From Patescibacteria group bacterium (GTDB taxonomy: Bacteria > Patescibacteriota > Minisyncoccia > Phycocordibacterales > UBA918), in contig JAZKFU010000002.1 in the NCBI GenBank assembly GCA_040386275.1, positions 16,858 to 80,857 of the forward strand: a stretch of DNA of 64,000 bases, written 5' to 3'. The notes beneath the pieces were generated by a model. That model saw only the letters and a program-made list of their open reading frames with translations, searched no databases and was not told the DNA's origin. A program made the position numbers and the translations under genes. Shown here piece by piece: positions 9,082 through 18,074 of the stretch (its first letter is position 1; every line of letters begins with the position of its first letter).

Positions 9082-11280
9082 TTACTCCATATGCAAACTT
9101 TCTCCGAGTTTTGCTACACGAGCGGCAATCAACGGGTAGTCATCAGCAATGTTTGGGTGTTTAGCAACCAGTTGTTGCGCTTCAGTCCGGGCAGCTTCAA
9201 CTAACTTTAAATTTTTAATCGCTTCCATCCCGAGGTCAGACAAGCCTGATTGCTTTTGACCGTACAGTTCACCCGAGCCACGAAAATTTAAATCGTGTTC
9301 AGCTAACTCAAAACCATTTTTAGCAGTAACGAGCGCCTTGAGTCGTTCTTTAGTTTTATCACTTTTACTATCCGTCACTGCAAAGCAGTACGGCTGATGC
9401 GTACCACGCACTACGCGTCCGCGAAGCTGGTGTAATTGCGAAAGGCCAAATCGTTCGGCGCCTTCAATAATGATATTCGTGGCATTGGGCACGTTAACGC
9501 CTACTTCTACCACGGAGGTAGCCACGAGAATATCGAGCTTGTGTTCCGAAAATTCTTTCATGACTTTGTCTTTATCGGCCGGCGTCATTTTGCCGTGTAT
9601 TACGCCGATGGTGTAATCACGAAACTCAGTGGTGGAGAGTCGCTTGGCTTCGGCAACGACAGATTTTAATTGGAGCGCTGTTTGTTTGTCGGGATCCGGT
9701 TCTTCAATCCGCGGACAAATTACATACGCTTGGCGCCCAGATTGTAGTTCACTGCGTACATGTTCGTACATTTTGCCTGATTGTCCCGGTCCGATAATTT
9801 CCGTAATAATTGGTTTGCGTCCCGCTGGCATTTGGTCGAGTAACGTAATATCGAGGTCACCGTAAATGGTGAGGGCGAGAGTGCGGGGAATCGGCGTAGC
9901 GGTCATTGATAATAGATGAGGCATACGCGCATCTTTTTTGGCAAGCTGTTTTCGTTGGTTGGTACCAAAGCGGTGTTGTTCGTCAATAATAACGTAGGCG
10001 AGATGTTTAAACTCCACACTCTTGTAAATGAGTGCATGGGTTCCAATCAAAATCGGTACCTCACCGTTTTTCACCCACTTAAGTAACTGCGCACGTGAGA
10101 TAGGGGTCGGTTTATCCGCATTACTTTTACTCGGAAATTTTTGACACCCGGAACCTGTAATTAAACCGATATTAATTGGAAGGTGTTTAAAATATTCAAT
10201 AAATGATTCAAAGTGTTGTTTGGCTAAAATCTCAGTGGGGGCCATGTAGGCCACTTGTAAATTACCGAAGGCTAAGTCTGCAGTAGAGCCACTGTCTGAC
10301 TTGCGTCCTTCTGGCGGGCGACTGGTTGCTACCGCATAAGCGGTCGTTGCCGCTACTGCTGTTTTTCCACTTCCCACGTCACCCTCGAGTAATCGGGACA
10401 TAGCGTGGTTTTTGGTAAAGTTGTCGATGATAGATTGAATGGAAGTAGTTTGAGCCGGTGTCAGCGCAAAAGGGAAACGGTCGGTAAATTGTTTGAGGTG
10501 TTTCGGGTCGGTGTTTACTTGGTACGTTGACGCTGCTGACACCAACGCGCGATCAATCGCTTTTTGGGTTTGAATATAAAATACTTCCTCAAAGGCAAAC
10601 CGCTTCCGTGCACTGCCGGCATGTTCCGCTTTTTTAGGAGAGTGAATCCATACAAGTGCCGTTTTTAAAACCGGCAGTTTATATTTTTCCAATATCGAGG
10701 GAGGTATCGGGTCCGGCATGTGTTCAAGCACTCCCGCTTCAAAACATTTTAATGCTGTGTGATAAAACCATTTACTCGTGACACCCTTGGTCTCTCGATA
10801 GACAGGGTAAATGGTTTCATCCATGGTGGCGTCAGTGCCTTTAAAAATACTGTCATGTCGGTCAATGGGGAGACTATCGAGTTTTTCTACTTCGGGATTG
10901 GCGATATATAGTTTGCCATCAGTGCCGGTAACTTTTCCGACAAGCTTCACAAACATCCCGTCGCTATACATTTTGGCGAGGTAGGGTTGGTTAAACCACA
11001 TGATTTTAATTTTGGCTGAACCATCTTCAATGTAGCCTTCGGCAATCGGGCGTTTACTTTTCCAAGCTTTGCGTAACTTTAGCCCCGACAGTTGTCCGAA
11101 TACAATCGCTTCTTGGTCTTTCTGCAATCCGCCCACTGATTGTATGTCAGACACATCTTCGTAACGAGCGGGAACGTGCATTAGTAAATCATAGACGGTG
11201 GCGATACCGAGTTTCTTGAGTGCTTTTTGGTGCGGCACATCTATACGAAAGTGAGCAGACAAAAGGTCGGTTGGTTTCAT
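9082..11280 (-). CDS. recG: ATP-dependent DNA helicase RecG
   Basis: 732 aa with wedge domain, helicase motifs (GDVGSGKT, DEQHRFG) and C-terminal RecG motifs. Confidence 0.9.
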   Translation of the reverse strand: MKPTDLLSAHFRIDVPHQKALKKLGIATVYDLLMHVPARYEDVSDIQSVGGLQKDQEAIVFGQLSGLKLRKAWKSKRPIAEGYIEDGSAKIKIMWFNQPYLAKMYSDGMFVKLVGKVTGTDGKLYIANPEVEKLDSLPIDRHDSIFKGTDATMDETIYPVYRETKGVTSKWFYHTALKCFEAGVLEHMPDPIPPSILEKYKLPVLKTALVWIHSPKKAEHAGSARKRFAFEEVFYIQTQKAIDRALVSAASTYQVNTDPKHLKQFTDRFPFALTPAQTTSIQSIIDNFTKNHAMSRLLEGDVGSGKTAVAATTAYAVATSRPPEGRKSDSGSTADLAFGNLQVAYMAPTEILAKQHFESFIEYFKHLPINIGLITGSGCQKFPSKSNADKPTPISRAQLLKWVKNGEVPILIGTHALIYKSVEFKHLAYVIIDEQHRFGTNQRKQLAKKDARMPHLLSMTATPIPRTLALTIYGDLDITLLDQMPAGRKPIITEIIGPGQSGKMYEHVRSELQSGRQAYVICPRIEEPDPDKQTALQLKSVVAEAKRLSTTEFRDYTIGVIHGKMTPADKDKVMKEFSEHKLDILVATSVVEVGVNVPNATNIIIEGAERFGLSQLHQLRGRVVRGTHQPYCFAVTDSKSDKTKERLKALVTAKNGFELAEHDLNFRGSGELYGQKQSGLSDLGMEAIKNLKLVEAARTEAQQLVAKHPNIADDYPLIAARVAKLGESLHME

Positions 11281-11392
11281 ACGGGAATATACTTAGATTA
11301 TACAGTATACTGCTTCTATTGACTTTTGGTATTAAATATGCTACAATTATAATTAGTAAATTGAAACACGGGCAACCAATTGGGAGATTTGC

Positions 11393-11879
11393 CATGTTCA
11401 CCACAACCCAAGCCTTCATCAAACTCCCCTTCGTTTACGGACGCAAATTTGCGTTCGTTCGGGAGGGAGAAGCAGACATCTTCCTGCCGATTAACATCGT
11501 TCTCAAGAGCGGGTTTCAGGTCGACGAGCTGAAAATCGACGCAACGGTCGAGCTCGAGTACGAGACGGACAAGTTTGGCCGCTACCGCGCGACCATGATT
11601 CATGAAGTCGATGGGAAACTGTCGACCCAACTCTATCGGTGTAACGTCGTCGACCGTCACGGAGATCTCGCGATCATCAAGGTGGTCGATATCACGTCTT
11701 TCTATGCGATCGCCTATCGGGTCATCGACAAGGAGGGGTGCAAGAAATCTTCGCACCCCACGCTTGCGGCCGCCCGCGCTTCCATCGGACGCGTCATCGA
11801 AACACCGCAGGCTGTCGGTCATGGTCGCAAGACCAATGTCATCAAGGTGATGGAGGACAAGAAGAAAAAGGCCGCTTAG
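11393..11879 (+). CDS. Hypothetical protein with cold-shock-like OB-fold N-terminus and Lys-rich C-terminus, on a GC-rich islet
   Basis: SD GGGAG 8 nt upstream of ATG. 'VYGRKFAFVREGEADIFLPINIV..GFQV' resembles a CSD pattern. The antisense ORF 11316-11822 is judged spurious. Confidence 0.45.
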
Positions 11880-12034
11880 GCCAACAACAAGCTCATTCAG
11901 TCTATTCTGTACACATTGTGTACAAATATGACTGAGTGAGTTTTTTCGTTTCCATCACTTTACAAATAACGAGCTTCTCTATATATTAATCAAATTGGTT
12001 GCAATGACGCGCCATGTTCTTTACAGGAGGAATC

Positions 12035-12403
12035 ATGAAGCTTCTGTTTTTCCGTGCGCTTTCGGCTATTGCCGCGTTCGCACTCCTGATTGCGTTCTCG
12101 CCAGGGCCTGAGATTCAGCTCGCGCTTGCTGTGCTCGTGGCGACCGCAACCGTCGTGCTGGCGGTACCCTGGAAATCGAACATCTTCTTTACCGTCGTCG
12201 ACGACCTGACCGGACATGGACACATCACGCAGACCGCGGTGGATGGTCATGGCCCGCCTCGTTGGCTCTTCTTCATGTTGACCCTCTGGGCGCTTGTCCT
12301 GGCGACGTGGAGTCGTATCGAACGCACCGTTATGAAGCTTGCATCATCGGCCGGCCATCGCCTGGCGCAGACCAACACCTCGGCGCAACCCTTGCCGTCG
12401 TGA
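12035..12403 (+). CDS. Hypothetical secreted/membrane protein, 122 aa, on a GC-rich islet
   Basis: AGGAGG SD 5 nt upstream of ATG. Signal-peptide-like N-terminus MKLLFFRALSAIAAFALLIAFSPGP. Confidence 0.45.
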   Translation: MKLLFFRALSAIAAFALLIAFSPGPEIQLALAVLVATATVVLAVPWKSNIFFTVVDDLTGHGHITQTAVDGHGPPRWLFFMLTLWALVLATWSRIERTVMKLASSAGHRLAQTNTSAQPLPS

Positions 12404-12585
12404 CAATATTCCTAGGGGCGCATCATGCGCCCCTAGACCCACCGACTCGTATGTCATTTTCTAAATGAAAAGACACTCGAGTCTTTTCTTTTGTCTGATT
12501 TTTTAACTAATTACTAAACGTACTTGTGCACGTATTAAGCTTGTAATGTTTTGACAATTTAAAAAACGGGGCGTACTATAAATTT

Positions 12586-12878
12586 GGCACGTACACAAGG
12601 GGCGGCCAAGCAACTGGGTTCACACCCAAAGTAGTAACATTCTCAGAGATGAGGGATACCAATGAATGCACCTGTTGTTCTTTTGACCTTTGGTCAGCCT
12701 GGCGATCCGGAAGCGGTTCGCACGAAGCTTCGCTTTGGGCTGTTCCAAAGGCAGTGAGCACTGGCGCTTGCGTAAGGCCGTGACGTTGTCACACACATAC
12801 GGGACGGAGCGCAAGCTCCGTCCCTACTTTCCTCCATAGAGTAACGATACAATCCCCGCACTAGCGCGGGCTTTTTTG
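12586..12878 (+). ncRNA. Candidate structured small RNA or small-protein transcript (promoter 12551-12579, terminator 12853-12878)
   Basis: TTGACA-17-TACTAT promoter. Roughly 290-nt unit containing GGGACGGAGC-GCAA-GCTCCGTCCC (10-bp stem, GNRA loop) plus other hairpins and a possible 35-aa ORF (12662-12769, SD GAGGGA). Ends in hairpin CCCGCACTAGCGCGGG plus T6. Confidence 0.3.
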
Positions 12879-12906
12879 TTTCTGGTATACTAGGGTATTA
12901 ATTTTT

Positions 12907-14154
12907 ATGTCTATGCCAAATCAGAAAAAAGCTGGTGTTAAAAAAGCGGTAAAAAAAGAAACGGTAACCAACGTAGTATCTAAAAAGGTGGCCAATAAAT
13001 CTGCTCCCACTGCCAAGAAAAAAGACTACAATAAATTAGCCCTCGCACTCCATAAAAAACTAAAAGGTAAGTTGTCAGTAGTGAGTAAAGGCAAGCTCGA
13101 AACGCGCGATGAGTGGAGTACGATGTACAGTCCAGGGGTTGGTGCTGTTTCTTCATATCTCGCTAAGCATCCAAAAGAAGCGCGTGAGTATACGATTAAG
13201 AAAAATACGGTCGCTGTTATTTCTGATGGATCAGCGGTACTGGGCTTGGGTAACCTCGGTGCCCTCGCTGCGTTGCCGGTGATGGAGGGGAAGTGTGCCA
13301 TTTTTAAAGAAATGGCCGGTGTCGATGCATTTCCGATTGTGCTTGATACACAAGATCCCGAAGAGATTATTAAAATTGTAAAAGCAATTGCGCCGACTTT
13401 TGGGGGGATTAACCTCGAAGATATTTCAGCGCCGAATTGTTTTGTGATTGAAGAGCGTTTAAAGAAAGAACTTGATATTCCTGTCATGCATGATGACCAA
13501 CATGGAACGGCCATAGTGGTCTTGGCTGGTTTGATTAATGCGAGTAAGGTGGTGGGTAAAAAATTAGAGGCACTCAAGGTAGTGATTGTGGGCGCTGGGG
13601 CTGCCGGACGTGCTGTCACGCTCATGTTACAAAAAGCCGGTATTACGCACATAATTGTCACGGACAGTAAAGGAGCAATTTACACTGGCCGGCCTGACTT
13701 AACGGGATACAAAAAAGAATTAGCTAGTACCACCAATCCCGAAAAATTAATGGGCGATGTGATGAACGTTGTTGCGGGAGCTGATGTGATTGTAGGGGTG
13801 TCAGGACCAGGCACTATTGCGCCTGCGCATATTGAAAAGATGGCTCCTAACGCCATAGTGTTTGCGCTTGCTAACCCAATTCCGGAAATAATGCCTGAAG
13901 ACGCTAAGCGCGCCGGGGCGGCGGTGGTAGCAACCGGCCGAAGCGACTACGCTAATCAAGTAAACAACTCACTGGCATTCCCGGGAGTATTTCGAGGAGC
14001 GCTTGATCGAAATGTGCGCGCCATTACCGATGATATGAAATTAGCGGCTGCTAAAAAAATTGCGAGCTTGGTAAAAAACCCGACCGCTGAGATGGTGATT
14101 CCACCCGTGATGACGCCGGGGTTAGTGAAAGCGGTAGCGAGCGTGATTCGATAG
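12907..14154 (+). CDS. NAD(P)-dependent malic enzyme (short form) with Lys-rich N-terminal extension
   Basis: Malic enzyme motifs 'VISDGSAVLGLGNLGA', 'GGINLEDI', Rossmann 'VVIVGAGAAG'. The first ~45 aa are Lys/Ala-rich and low complexity. Confidence 0.85.
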   Translation: MSMPNQKKAGVKKAVKKETVTNVVSKKVANKSAPTAKKKDYNKLALALHKKLKGKLSVVSKGKLETRDEWSTMYSPGVGAVSSYLAKHPKEAREYTIKKNTVAVISDGSAVLGLGNLGALAALPVMEGKCAIFKEMAGVDAFPIVLDTQDPEEIIKIVKAIAPTFGGINLEDISAPNCFVIEERLKKELDIPVMHDDQHGTAIVVLAGLINASKVVGKKLEALKVVIVGAGAAGRAVTLMLQKAGITHIIVTDSKGAIYTGRPDLTGYKKELASTTNPEKLMGDVMNVVAGADVIVGVSGPGTIAPAHIEKMAPNAIVFALANPIPEIMPEDAKRAGAAVVATGRSDYANQVNNSLAFPGVFRGALDRNVRAITDDMKLAAAKKIASLVKNPTAEMVIPPVMTPGLVKAVASVIR

Positions 14155-14219
14155 TACTTCTGAAAACAAGTGTAAGAAAAATCCAGACCGCGAAAGTCTG
14201 GAAGTTGCAACGACGGCAT

Positions 14220-14408
14220 TTAATCGTAGTCGTGTTCGGTATCGTCATCGCCAGGAATACCTGAGCCAAATTGCGGTATCAGTACCACCGCCTCTTGTGC
14301 ATGGTGCGTGCAGGCACAACCTTTACCCAAAGGTATCTGTAGCGTGCAACCGCTCACCAAACATTTCATTGTTTCTGTGCCTTCGGCACTGGGGGTATCT
14401 GTCGTCAT
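14220..14408 (-). CDS. Small Cys/His-rich hypothetical protein, 62 aa
   Basis: SD AGGGAG upstream. Sequence 'CLVSGCTLQIPLGKGCACTHH' has 5 Cys and 2 His. Confidence 0.4.
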   Translation of the reverse strand: MTTDTPSAEGTETMKCLVSGCTLQIPLGKGCACTHHAQEAVVLIPQFGSGIPGDDDTEHDYD

Positions 14409-14458
14409 ATTTTTCTCCCTTTACTTCTACTGTCAATTATACAAAATATTCGTAGGGA

Positions 14459-15775
14459 TTACTTGGTGGTAGTTTTTTCTACCGAAGTGTAATGAGCACT
14501 TAATTTTTTATACGCCGGAGAATACAGCGCTATCAAACTTACCACCAATCCAATTGCACCCGCACACATAAATACCAAAGCAATACCTCGATCTGCTCCT
14601 ACCCCAAACCAGTCACCGATAAGCGCCACTCCCGCACCCGTTGTCATAAACGGAATAAACATAAACTGAGCAATGGGGCCAATCATAAAGGTGGTGATCG
14701 GTGAAGCAGCCGATTCAACACTCTGCGCAAACCCAAACACGCGACCCTGTCTTTCAAACGGGACAATTTTTTGAATCACCGTTTGTTCAGCTGCTTCAGC
14801 AATAGGCATCAACGTCAGCCAGACCAGCATCCCAAAGGCCAAGAGAATAATTGACGGTTGTAGCGGAAAAATTAAACAGCTGGTCCAGGAAATAATATTA
14901 ACGACCATAATGGTCCGGAGTGGTTTACTGCCAATACCACGCTTAGCGACGTAGGTGCTGCCGGCAATAATAGCAAAACTCATCACACCCCACATAAACC
15001 CCCAGGTTTGCACCGATACCAACGCTAATCCATAGGCGTCCATTAATGCCATAAACACCCCACCGAGAAAATTATTAATAGTGTTAAAAAAGATCAACGC
15101 CATGAGTCCCGGCACTGCGAGGATAATAGCAATCGTTCCTCGCACGTCCATCTTTTTTGGTTTTTCTTTTGTATGGATAATTTCAGGTTCCGGAATAGTA
15201 ATGGTGAACAAGTGGATGAGGGCAACTGCCGTCGCAATAACTGCTACCCATAGCGCCACTTCCATACCGTAAAAGCCAATTGTTAGTCCACTTAATACCG
15301 ACGTGATAGAAAATGATAATCCTTGTACGGCGCCAACCAGGCCGTTAGCCTTGTCTTTGTCGGTTGTGAACAGTAGGGTAACGATAGTGGAGAGGGCGAT
15401 GGTCCGCAAATTGCCCGCCACTGTACCCATCATCAAAATAATAACAAGTCCCCATAACCAAACTGAGCGAGCATCAGATAAACTTCCTTCTGGAGCAATA
15501 GAGTAGACTAAGAGTCCCAGGGTAAAAGCCAGTAACGTAGCAATACTCGAAATAGTCATAGCCCGTTTTTTGTAATTGTGATCAACAATACTGCCAAAGA
15601 ATATAGCTCCAAACATATTAGTAATGGCAAAAATCCCGGCAATAAAAGACGCCACTACTACCGAGCGAGTTTCAATAATCGCCCAAAAGGTGAGAGCAAA
15701 CCACACAAAGTTATTGGTCACCGTAGCAATCAGTGTGTTCCCAAGAATTTTATAAAATATCGGATAGTTGTTCAT
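14459..15775 (-). CDS. MFS transporter
   Basis: 438 aa with about 12 TM helices and typical MFS organisation. Confidence 0.8.
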   Translation of the reverse strand: MNNYPIFYKILGNTLIATVTNNFVWFALTFWAIIETRSVVVASFIAGIFAITNMFGAIFFGSIVDHNYKKRAMTISSIATLLAFTLGLLVYSIAPEGSLSDARSVWLWGLVIILMMGTVAGNLRTIALSTIVTLLFTTDKDKANGLVGAVQGLSFSITSVLSGLTIGFYGMEVALWVAVIATAVALIHLFTITIPEPEIIHTKEKPKKMDVRGTIAIILAVPGLMALIFFNTINNFLGGVFMALMDAYGLALVSVQTWGFMWGVMSFAIIAGSTYVAKRGIGSKPLRTIMVVNIISWTSCLIFPLQPSIILLAFGMLVWLTLMPIAEAAEQTVIQKIVPFERQGRVFGFAQSVESAASPITTFMIGPIAQFMFIPFMTTGAGVALIGDWFGVGADRGIALVFMCAGAIGLVVSLIALYSPAYKKLSAHYTSVEKTTTK

Positions 15776-15858
15776 ATAAGTAGTCCAAAGTATAACATTT
15801 TGTATATACCGTCAATTTCTGGTATTCTCTTGCTACAGAAAGTGAAGTGAAGAATGTT

Positions 15859-15945
15859 GGAGAAGTGTCAGAGTGGTCTATCGTGTTTCCTTGCTAAGGA
15901 AATAGGGGTTTGCGCCCCTCGGAGGTTCGAATCCTCTCTTCTCCG
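15859..15945 (+). tRNA. tRNA-Ser, anticodon GCU
   Basis: Acceptor GGAGAAG/CTTCTCC, anticodon loop TTGCTAA, long variable arm, T-arm GGAGG-TTCGAAT-CCTCT, discriminator G, no CCA. Confidence 0.8.
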
Positions 15946-16242
15946 CAAATACCAAAACCCAAACAAAGCCTAAGCTTTGTTTGGGTTTTGTTGTATTTGC
16001 GCGAGAAGAGAGGATTCGAAAAGGTTGCCAGCTATTTTGCAAAAATAGCGACTGTCAATTGAGCGAGCGTTATAAAAATTTATTTTTATAACCGAGTGAA
16101 AGCAGACAGAAAGCTCTGCTTACAACCTATACTGGTCTGTAAGCAGAGCTTTCTTTCACTGCATTCGCAACATAAATAAAAGTAAATTTTTTATTTAGTT
16201 ACTCATTTGTGAAAGTAACAACCGAATCCTCTCTTCTCCGCG
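15946..16242 (+). repeat. tRNA-3'-end composite repeat unit (subfamily 1) downstream of tRNA-Ser(GCU)
   Basis: T1 hairpin AAAACCCAAACAAAGC-CTAA-GCTTTGTTTGGGTTTT (15954-15989). Inverted tRNA 3' copy GCGCGAGAAGAGAGGATTCGAA (15999-16020). Core AAGGTTGCCAGCTATTTTGCAAAAATAGCGACTG plus long hairpin AGAAAGCTCTGCTTACA / TGTAAGCAGAGCTTTCT. Direct copy CCGAATCCTCTCTTCTCCGC (16222-16242). Confidence 0.6.
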
Positions 16243-16293
16243 TTTGAACCACCTCCTGGTGGTTATTTTCTTACGGGGGAATACGCAAGTAAA

Positions 16294-16503
16294 CTACTCG
16301 CTTTCATTTCGAGGTGTATTACTTCCCGGAGTTTTCTTGGGGTTAATTTTCTTAGTTTTCTCTAAAAGGTCTTCTTCAGTAAACAAAATATTTTCAATCG
16401 CAAACGACGAGCGCTGACTGGCGGTTGATCTTGATTTTGAGGATTTTTTATCAAGTGACGGGACGGAAAAGGTCCGCGTAGTTTTTTGGATAATTTTTTT
16501 CAT
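16294..16503 (-). CDS. Hypothetical small basic protein, 69 aa
   Basis: ORF starts 3 nt after the recQ stop codon. Lys/Ser-rich low-complexity sequence. Confidence 0.25.
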   Translation of the reverse strand: MKKIIQKTTRTFSVPSLDKKSSKSRSTASQRSSFAIENILFTEEDLLEKTKKINPKKTPGSNTPRNESE

Positions 16504-16505
16504 AC

Positions 16506-17987
16506 CTATTTAGTATACTCGGAAATTGCATTCATAAACACCTCGCCAAATTGAGTGAGCTTTTTCTCACCGACTCCGTTAATTGCTAAAAAATCAGCAG
16601 GGTTCGTGGGCTGATGATGAGCGAGTTCTCGTAGCGTCTTATCACCAAACACAATATACGCCGGGACACCTAAGCGAGTAGCTTCAAGCGTGCGTACCTG
16701 GCGTAACACTTCAAATAAATCTGTATCGTAGTTAATATCGGGGAGGGCAACCAATGATTTGGGCGCTTTAGCTTTTTTAAGTGTGGCGTGTACGAAGGGT
16801 GTGCCTGGGGTGCAAGTGTCGCAATTGCCACAATTACTCACTGAAAAGTCTTCATTAAAGTATTGAAGTAAAAACTTTCGCCGGCACGCTCTCATAGTGC
16901 CGTACTCAACAGATTGATTTAAGTTATTTTGGACGTGGATTTTTTCATCGGAATCCGCTAACTGTCGAATAAAGAAATCGTGTTTAAATTTATCAGCCGC
17001 CGAGTATAAAAGTACACAACGGGCAGGCAACCCATCACGACCGGCTCGTCCGGTTTCTTGGTAATAGCCTTCAATTGATTTAGGTAAGCTGTGGTGAATC
17101 ACTAATCGTACATCAGGTTTATCAATACCCATTCCAAAGGCAATGGTAGCCACCATAATCTGGATTTCATCACGAATAAATTTTTCCTGATTTTCTCGCC
17201 TTCTATCAGCTCCCAGTCCTGCATGATAGGTTCCGGCTTTATATCCATAGGCGGATAATTTTTCAGCAATTGATTCGGTGTCTTTGCGTGAAAAGCAGTA
17301 AATAATAATACTTTGTTCCGGATGACTGGCGACCAGGGTGGCTATGGTTTTAAAAGAGTCTTTTTTAGGTAATACTTCGTATCGTAGATTCGGACGATTA
17401 AAACTAGACGTGAATATTTTAGGGGTGGGCAAATCAAGTTGCTGCACAATATCAGCCTGCACTTTTTTGGTGGCGGTAGCGGTAAGGGCAATAATCGGAA
17501 TATTCGGAAATTTTGACCGTAAATATTTTAAGTTGCGGTATTCTGGCCTAAAATCATGGCCCCATTCGGAAATACAGTGCGCTTCATCAATCGCAAAGAG
17601 ACAGATAGGGAGCGTGTGTAGCAATGCTTCAAATGATGACATGGCTAACCGCTCCGGGGCAATGTACAGAATTTTAATAATTCCCTGTTTGGTTTTTTCT
17701 ATAACTATATCAATTTCGTCACGTCCCATACTACTGTTGATCATAGCGGCACTAATACCATTGCCCGCAAGCGCGTCCACTTGATCCTTCATGAGGGAAA
17801 TAAGGGGAGAGACAACGACGGTCAGTCCGTCTTGCAAAAGAGCAGGTAATTGAAAACAGAGTGATTTTCCACCTCCGGTTGGCATCAGTACGACACAATC
17901 TTTTTTATCAAGTACGGTTTGAATAATGTCTTGTTGCAAAGGCCTAAAGGTGTCATAACCAAAATATTGTTTAAGAGTAGCGTGCAT
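16506..17987 (-). CDS. recQ: ATP-dependent DNA helicase RecQ
   Basis: 493 aa with 'DEAHCISEWGHDFRPEY', zinc-binding 'CGNCDTC' and C-terminal HRDC-like segment. Confidence 0.85.
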   Translation of the reverse strand: MHATLKQYFGYDTFRPLQQDIIQTVLDKKDCVVLMPTGGGKSLCFQLPALLQDGLTVVVSPLISLMKDQVDALAGNGISAAMINSSMGRDEIDIVIEKTKQGIIKILYIAPERLAMSSFEALLHTLPICLFAIDEAHCISEWGHDFRPEYRNLKYLRSKFPNIPIIALTATATKKVQADIVQQLDLPTPKIFTSSFNRPNLRYEVLPKKDSFKTIATLVASHPEQSIIIYCFSRKDTESIAEKLSAYGYKAGTYHAGLGADRRRENQEKFIRDEIQIMVATIAFGMGIDKPDVRLVIHHSLPKSIEGYYQETGRAGRDGLPARCVLLYSAADKFKHDFFIRQLADSDEKIHVQNNLNQSVEYGTMRACRRKFLLQYFNEDFSVSNCGNCDTCTPGTPFVHATLKKAKAPKSLVALPDINYDTDLFEVLRQVRTLEATRLGVPAYIVFGDKTLRELAHHQPTNPADFLAINGVGEKKLTQFGEVFMNAISEYTK

Positions 17988-18074
17988 AACCAGGTACAGT
18001 ATATACTAAATAGGATATGACACTAGAAATGAAAAAAGCAGTATTTTTAGGGTTACAATGTAATTCAAATATCT

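Noticed and set aside
11316-11822. 168-aa ORF on the minus strand, antisense to the 11393-11879 gene
   Set aside because: It lies in a GC-rich region where long spurious ORFs are expected. The product is a low-complexity R/D-rich sequence with no start context. The plus-strand ORF has an SD and a coherent OB-fold-like sequence.
12576-12814. Two minus-strand ORFs (61 and 64 aa) in the recG-maeB intergenic islet
   Set aside because: They are antisense to a promoter/terminator-defined plus-strand transcript and have no start context, so they are likely spurious.
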